Shown here piece by piece: positions 16,940 to 22,401 of a stretch of 22,401 nucleotides of DNA (positions are counted from its first letter, which is position 1; each line of letters opens with the position of its first letter). The notes under the pieces were generated by a model that was given only the letters and a program-made list of their open reading frames with translations, was not told the DNA's origin and did no database searches. Source of the stretch: an uncultured Pseudomonadota bacterium (lineage in GTDB: Bacteria > BMS3Abin14); the NCBI GenBank assembly GCA_964454175.1, contig CAYVSA010000029.1, positions 1,520 to 23,920 on the forward strand, read 5' to 3'. The translations under genes and the position numbers were made by a program.

Positions 16940-18565
16940 CTGATTAAAGAACCCACCAAAAGCGAATCAGCCGGAAGGCTTGTCTCAGAACTGGTAAAAT
17001 CCTTCAAAGCCAGGGGAATTTATCCTGCCGGGCATCCGGCACGGGGCCGCTTCCTCGGAAAACTTCTTCGAAGTGTTGAAACCTTCCTGGAAAAATACAG
17101 CAATCTTGATCTGAGCATTAAAAAGGAAGGTGTGTGGATGGAAGGGGAATTCCTTAAAACCAGTGATGGAGCCCATCTCTTCCTGGCAGAGGAGTGTTTT
17201 GCCCGTCAGATCAACGGGATAAGGCTCGATAGCGGGTTTTCCGGACAGGATCTCGATGGCTTGTTCTCACTCCTTGCCGAAGACCCTGAACAGGTGAGAG
17301 CCCTGGGGGGGGCTGCCGCGTATATCAGCGCCCGATCCACCGATTCCCTTACTGTTGCAGAGGTTGACTATTCCGGTATCCTGGAGCGCAGGAAAGAGAC
17401 TTCGCCGGAGAGGGGCAGCAGCTACGCGATAGACGGCCAGGCAAAGCAGCCGGCGATGGAAAGCGGCGTAGCTCCCGGTACAGATAACGTGTCTCCAGAG
17501 TCCCTGTCACCTGCTGTTTTCGACGATCCAGGGGTTGCCGAAGTTTCTCTGGAGGACAGGATCGGTCGTAAACTGAAGAAGCTTGATGAAGCTGCTGACC
17601 CTGCTTCCTACAAAAGCGCGCTCATGGAGATCAGGGAAAGCCTCAGGGCAGTCGATGCAATGAGCCTTGACAGGTATACTGCAACTGTATTTCGACACCT
17701 GGGAAGCCATCTCACCAGTGAGAGGCCGGGTGAAATGCTTACCCTTGTACAGCGAACGTTAATGGGTTTTTCTGTCCAGGGCCCTCTCGAAGATCTGGCA
17801 AGGGACCTCAGTCACCGTTCTGCTGTTGAAAGGGACCGGGCTATCGCCGTGCTGCAGGCAGTCGGCGACACTTCCATCCCGGCACTACTAAAATGCCTGT
17901 CCGAAGAGGATGAGGCTTTCGGGCGCAAAGCCATGATCACCGCCCTGGGAGAGTTCGGCGAGGCCATGAGACCCCATCTCCTGGAGTGGCTCGACGATGA
18001 CAGGTGGTACGTCCTGAGAAACATTATCGACCTTCTGAGCCTGGTCCATACGGATGAGGACTCTTCGAAAGTCATCTCCTTTTTGGACCACAACAACAAG
18101 CAGGTGCGGTTAGCCGCTCTCAGATTCATGATGGGGCACCCCGCCAGGATGCCGGAAGAAAGGATCCAGGCGCTTCTGGCGGACACTGACAGGGATGTAA
18201 GGGCTCGAGCCATCTACGCAATTGGTGTGCTCAAGGGCGAAAGAGGGCTCGGCCAGCTTTTTGACCTTGCAAAGAAACCAGCCATAGGCCAGGGTGACAT
18301 AGCCACCAGGGAGGGCGCCATCAAGGGTATTGGCCGAGTGGGGGGGAACGAGGCTATCCGTTTTCTCGAGGGACTCCTGAACAGGAAGTCAATACTGGAT
18401 CCGGATGGAAGTAGCAGGATCCGCAAGGCAGCAGTTGGCGCTCTGGTAAAGATCGGGGGTCCCGGGGCAACATCGGTGTTAAGGGGAGCTGTAAAGATCC
18501 TGAAGGGCGAGGCGCGAAGGCAGGCCGAGGTTTTCCTGCGGCAGGGCGCCGAAAGGGCAGAGTGA
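16940..18565 (+). CDS. HEAT-repeat protein with N-terminal YPAxHP domain (probable CTG start; track start 17132)
   Basis: Frame is open from the TAG at 16928-16930 and encodes ...FKARGIYPAGHP.... A low-complexity linker is followed by HEAT/PBS-lyase repeats (IPALLKCL, DDRWYVLRN, KQVRLAAL, DVRARAIYAIG, REGAIKGIG, RKAAVGAL). Confidence 0.85.
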   Translation: MIKEPTKSESAGRLVSELVKSFKARGIYPAGHPARGRFLGKLLRSVETFLEKYSNLDLSIKKEGVWMEGEFLKTSDGAHLFLAEECFARQINGIRLDSGFSGQDLDGLFSLLAEDPEQVRALGGAAAYISARSTDSLTVAEVDYSGILERRKETSPERGSSYAIDGQAKQPAMESGVAPGTDNVSPESLSPAVFDDPGVAEVSLEDRIGRKLKKLDEAADPASYKSALMEIRESLRAVDAMSLDRYTATVFRHLGSHLTSERPGEMLTLVQRTLMGFSVQGPLEDLARDLSHRSAVERDRAIAVLQAVGDTSIPALLKCLSEEDEAFGRKAMITALGEFGEAMRPHLLEWLDDDRWYVLRNIIDLLSLVHTDEDSSKVISFLDHNNKQVRLAALRFMMGHPARMPEERIQALLADTDRDVRARAIYAIGVLKGERGLGQLFDLAKKPAIGQGDIATREGAIKGIGRVGGNEAIRFLEGLLNRKSILDPDGSSRIRKAAVGALVKIGGPGATSVLRGAVKILKGEARRQAEVFLRQGAERAE

Positions 18566-18566
18566 A

Positions 18567-19925
18567 GTGACCACGGAAGCTAAGCTCGTGGAAAGCTACA
18601 GGAACGTTATCAAGTTTCTGGATAATACGACCAAGAACGTAGGCATGTACCCTGCCGAGCACCCGTCTGTTGCCGCTCCTGCGGGAATGATGTTCGAAGC
18701 GCTGGGAGAAGTATACTCTCACAGTGATGAAGTGCTGATAGGCGTTATCAATAGTGTGCTGTACATAAACGATTACCTTTTTTACGACAGTACTCCCAGT
18801 TCCAGGCATATTCTGGAAAAACTTGAGAAGTTCGGGATCGACGATCTGGTCGTCCGCAAAGGCGTTACGCAGGTGGAGATGCTGGAACTGGCTGGAATTC
18901 TAAACGCCAGGGGAAGCACCAGGGAAGAGTTCATAAAGCTCCTGGAGGAAAAGAAGCTCGATTATGTGGGCTTGAAAAGTTTCACCCTGGGAGATGATGA
19001 GGATGGTGACCTGCCTGTAAAGGGGCTGCAGCTCTACCACGACGCGGTTTCCACGATGACGGACCTGTTTTCAAGGGTAAAGTCCGGAAAGATGCCGCCC
19101 TTTGGTGAAACAGAAGAGGTCGTTGACGGGTTCGTGGACAAACTGTCTTCTAACAGATCACTCCTCAAGCTTCTTTCCAGCCTCAAGAGCTACGACGCGT
19201 ATACATATCAGCACTGCGTTAATGTCGGTATCCTGGCACTGCTCCTTGGTGAAGCCGAAGGGCTCGAGGACCAGAACCTGAGGTGGGCCGGTGTTGCCGG
19301 CATGATGCATGACGTGGGAAAGGTGAAGATAATACCTGAGATCCTGAACAAGCCTGGGGGGCTGACTCTCCGGGAGTGGGAGACCATGAAAACGCATCCA
19401 TCGTTTTCCGCCGAGATCGTGCAGGGAATGGGTGGTTCAGGTGAAGTTGTTATGGCTGTCGGGGGCCACCACATGAACTTCGATGGGTCAGGTTATCCTG
19501 TTAGATCGGATGGCCTGGGACCATCTAACCTGGCGAGCCTGGTGTCGGTCGTGGATGCCTACGATGCCATTACCACCATCCGTTCATACAAAAAACCCAT
19601 GGATCCTGTTGAGGCCCTGGAATTTCTGAGGAACGGCAGGGGTTCGAAATTTAATCCACTTCATGTAGATACCATGTTGAAAGTTGTCGGTGAATATCCT
19701 CCGGGGACCCTGGTTCGCCTGACAAGCAACGAAGTCGTCGTTGTGGTTGAATCAGGAGAAAGCGCCGGAAACCCGGTCGTCAGGATGATTGTCGATGAAG
19801 AGGGAATTTTGGTTGACGAGCGTGTGGATCTTGACCTCGCAGGAGAGGGGGCTCAGGGAAGAGCGGTCGCATCGGTGGTCGACCCCGTCCTCTACGGTTT
19901 TGACCCGGCCCAGGTACTGGCCTGA
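18567..19925 (+). CDS. HD-GYP cyclic-dinucleotide phosphodiesterase with N-terminal YPAxHP domain
   Basis: YTYQHCVNV, HDVGK, ILNKPGGLT..EW..MKTHP, HHMNFDGSGYP, VDAYDAITTIRSYK, C-terminal YPPGTLVRLTSNE; GTG start 1 nt after the HEAT stop. Confidence 0.92.
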   Translation: MTTEAKLVESYRNVIKFLDNTTKNVGMYPAEHPSVAAPAGMMFEALGEVYSHSDEVLIGVINSVLYINDYLFYDSTPSSRHILEKLEKFGIDDLVVRKGVTQVEMLELAGILNARGSTREEFIKLLEEKKLDYVGLKSFTLGDDEDGDLPVKGLQLYHDAVSTMTDLFSRVKSGKMPPFGETEEVVDGFVDKLSSNRSLLKLLSSLKSYDAYTYQHCVNVGILALLLGEAEGLEDQNLRWAGVAGMMHDVGKVKIIPEILNKPGGLTLREWETMKTHPSFSAEIVQGMGGSGEVVMAVGGHHMNFDGSGYPVRSDGLGPSNLASLVSVVDAYDAITTIRSYKKPMDPVEALEFLRNGRGSKFNPLHVDTMLKVVGEYPPGTLVRLTSNEVVVVVESGESAGNPVVRMIVDEEGILVDERVDLDLAGEGAQGRAVASVVDPVLYGFDPAQVLA

Positions 19926-19928
19926 TCC

Positions 19929-20516
19929 TTAATCGGCAGCTTCAAAAGGGTAGAGATTGCCAAGAGCTTCGGCTGCCTTTGACCTCAGGAACGGATCCGA
20001 TGTACGTGCAAGGACCTCTACCAGCGATGTCTCGGCCTTTGGGTCGCCGTTCCTGCCCAGGGCCTCTGCGGCAACACAGGCTGTGTCCGTGTCCGGGTTT
20101 GTCAGAAACGGGATCATAAGGTCCGTTGCCCTGTTGTCCCTGAAATAGGATATGGTTTCGAGGGCTATCTGGACAACGGATGGGTCCGGGTCGTCCATAC
20201 AGGTGGCCAGGGGTATAAAGGCCTTCTCCGGCAGGTTCACCTGGAAGGATTTGATAGTCGCCACCCTTATTCCTGGATCCGGGTCCTGAAGGAGAGCAAG
20301 AGCCGTATCGACTGCATCGGAAGTCCTGAGGTATCCCAGGAAATGGATAGCTCTTATGCGGTTCTGGGTGTCACCGCCTCTGGCAGCTTCGAGAATTCCC
20401 TCGATCCTCTCCATTCCTTCGATCCTGTTCAAGGCTCTGGATGCCGCGCCCCTCACGATCTCTTCAGAGTCTTTCAGGGCGTTAACGAGGGCCTTTTTCC
20501 TGTTATCCAGGGACAT
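19929..20516 (-). CDS. Small HEAT-repeat (PBS lyase-like) protein
   Basis: Repeats ALKDSEEIVRGAASRAL, LQDPDPGIRVATI, MDDPDPSVVQIAL, LTNPDTDTACVAAEALG, DPFLRSKAAEALG. Start placed at ATG 20516, with GAGGAG upstream. Confidence 0.88.
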   Translation of the reverse strand: MSLDNRKKALVNALKDSEEIVRGAASRALNRIEGMERIEGILEAARGGDTQNRIRAIHFLGYLRTSDAVDTALALLQDPDPGIRVATIKSFQVNLPEKAFIPLATCMDDPDPSVVQIALETISYFRDNRATDLMIPFLTNPDTDTACVAAEALGRNGDPKAETSLVEVLARTSDPFLRSKAAEALGNLYPFEAAD

Positions 20517-20580
20517 AACGGATCTCCTCAGTGATATTGAGATGAGAATGAAAATTATATTATTGAACCCTGACACAAAA

Positions 20581-20609
20581 ATTATATGGTAATTTTGGAC
20601 GGTTAACAA
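20581..20609 (-). promoter_or_regulatory. Putative sigma70 promoter of the small HEAT gene
   Basis: Minus strand TTGTTA (20609-20604), 17 nt, TATAAT (20586-20581). Confidence 0.55.
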
Positions 20610-20761
20610 GGTTGTGTATTTGACCGGGTGGCGGAGCGATAAGGACAAGAGGATGTCTGGCCACAGGGTTATAATGGTCCTGGGGCAGGTTCAATGTGAG
20701 TCAGGCCCGAAGGTCAGTGAGCAACACTGGAAATTTCATCAATAACAGCAGGGAGGATCTA

Positions 20762-22378
20762 GTGCCGAAGATCAACGCGATAACCATTATCCTGGCTTTT
20801 GTAGCATGCCTGGCATTGTCACCGGCGACGATCCATGCCGCGGGAAATCCTTCACCCGAAGGGGCCGTCGAGGGCGATTGGCTGGTCAGGCGGCTTTCTG
20901 CGGAACCCGCAACGCTTAATCCCATAACGGCTACTGATGTTTACGAGTCTACCGTGAACAGTTTTATTTACGAAAGCCTGGTGAAAAGGGACAACAGGAC
21001 CCTGAAACTGGTGCCTCTGCTGGCCGAATCGTGGGATATATCAGCTGATATGCTCCAGTACACCTTTACCCTCAAGGAAGGGTTGAAATGGCAGGACGGC
21101 AAACCCCTCACGAGCAGGGATGTGGTGTTCACCTTCGAGACGGTAAAGGATCCCAAGGTCGATGCTCCGCATCTGAGGAATTACTACCGCAGCCTGAAAA
21201 AGGTTGAGGCCATTGACAACAGGAGAGTGAGGTTCACGTATTCCGAGCCATATTTCAAGACTCTTGAGATGACGGGTGGGATGAGCATTCTGCCCGAGCA
21301 TATTTTCAAGGAGGGCGATTTCAATACCCACCCTGCCGGCAGGAAACCGCTGGGTTCGGGTCCCTACAGTTTTGTCAAGTGGGACACCGGCAAGGAGATC
21401 GTGCTGGCAAGAAATGAGAACTACTGGGGACAGAAACCGAGTTTGAAAAAGATCGTATTCAAGATCATTACGGACGAAACTGTCGCGCTGCAGGTGCTCA
21501 AGAGGGGAGAGATGGACCTGATGGGACTGACGCCCATACAGTGGGTCCGGCAGACGAAAGGCAAAAAGTTTACCCGTATGTTCGATAAACTGCAGTATTA
21601 TCTACCGGGCTACTCCTTCCTGGGCTGGAATCAGAAAAGGCCCTACTTCGCGGATAAAAGAGTCAGAAGGGCGATGACGATGCTGATAGACCGGGAAAAT
21701 ATCCTCGAGAAGCTGCGCTACGGCTTCGGGAGGGTAATTACTGGAAACTTTTTCTACGAGAGTCCCGACTACGACAAGGATATCAAACCATGGCCTTTTG
21801 ATCTAAAGGGGGCGAAGGAACTCCTGGAGCAGGCAGGCTGGACAGATACGGATGGAGACGGCATAAGGGATCGTGAGGGAGTGCCTTTCCGCTTTGATTT
21901 TACTATTTCATCCGGAAGCCAGTTCGCCGAGCAGATGGCTACGATCCTTAAGGACAGCCTTGGAAAAGTAGGGATCGAGATGACGATAAGACCCCTGGAG
22001 TGGGCCCTGTTCACAAAGGTTCTGGACGACAGGACGTACGATGCTGTGATCCTCGGGTGGAGCCTCCCCCTTGAAGCGGACCCCTACCAGGTGTGGCACT
22101 CGTCTCAGGTGGAGAAGGGCTCCAATTTTGTCGGCTTCATCAACCAGGAGGCGGATGAGATCATTGAGGTGGCGAGGGTTACTTTCGATCGCGAGAAGAG
22201 AAAGAAGCTTTACAGGCGGTTTCATCAGATCATGCACGATGAGCAGCCCTATACATTCCTCTTTGTGAACAAGAGCCTCGTAGCCCTGGACAAGCGCTTC
22301 AAGGACGTGATGGTCTATCCACTGGGCCTTGACCCGACGGAATGGTATGTACCGGCTGAGAGGCAGAGGTATAAGTAG
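20762..22378 (+). CDS. ABC transporter peptide-binding protein, solute-binding family 5 (AppA/OppA-like)
   Basis: EPATLNP, PLLAESWDIS, WQDGKPLTSRDVVFT, PLGSGPY, DKRVRRAM, AKELLEQAGW, SNFVGF. Start placed at GTG 20762 after GGGAGG; signal peptide ends ...TIHA. Confidence 0.94.
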   Translation: MPKINAITIILAFVACLALSPATIHAAGNPSPEGAVEGDWLVRRLSAEPATLNPITATDVYESTVNSFIYESLVKRDNRTLKLVPLLAESWDISADMLQYTFTLKEGLKWQDGKPLTSRDVVFTFETVKDPKVDAPHLRNYYRSLKKVEAIDNRRVRFTYSEPYFKTLEMTGGMSILPEHIFKEGDFNTHPAGRKPLGSGPYSFVKWDTGKEIVLARNENYWGQKPSLKKIVFKIITDETVALQVLKRGEMDLMGLTPIQWVRQTKGKKFTRMFDKLQYYLPGYSFLGWNQKRPYFADKRVRRAMTMLIDRENILEKLRYGFGRVITGNFFYESPDYDKDIKPWPFDLKGAKELLEQAGWTDTDGDGIRDREGVPFRFDFTISSGSQFAEQMATILKDSLGKVGIEMTIRPLEWALFTKVLDDRTYDAVILGWSLPLEADPYQVWHSSQVEKGSNFVGFINQEADEIIEVARVTFDREKRKKLYRRFHQIMHDEQPYTFLFVNKSLVALDKRFKDVMVYPLGLDPTEWYVPAERQRYK

Positions 22379-22401
22379 GTTGAAACGGGGAAGGGGAGAA
22401 G

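Overview
A mostly housekeeping chromosomal window (about 55% GC by eye) whose gene content resembles a deltaproteobacterium-like Gram-negative; the taxonomy is inferred only. Left, all on the minus strand: a PorV/FadL-like outer-membrane protein, a PAS histidine kinase, a sigma54 response regulator, MOSC, mog, tmk, holB, a PSP1/RicT protein, metG, and a TatD-radical SAM fusion that runs off the window and is missing from the ORF track. Middle: dksA, a CheY-like receiver and an ApbE / NusG-II / Gx-transporter flavinylation cassette (+), converging on purC, rseC-like, romX-like, rluD and pgeF (-). Right: a HEAT-repeat gene and an HD-GYP gene (+), a convergent second HEAT gene (-), and a family-5 ABC peptide-binding protein (+). 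No rRNA, tRNA, CRISPR array or mobile element was seen. The most notable signal is the HEAT/HD-GYP pair: both share an N-terminal YPAxHP domain that aligns without gaps, visible only if the HEAT gene starts at a non-canonical CTG (16940). Other points are the RomX-like gene, the substrate-less flavinylation cassette, a probable leaderless rseC transcript and short intergenic heptamer repeats.
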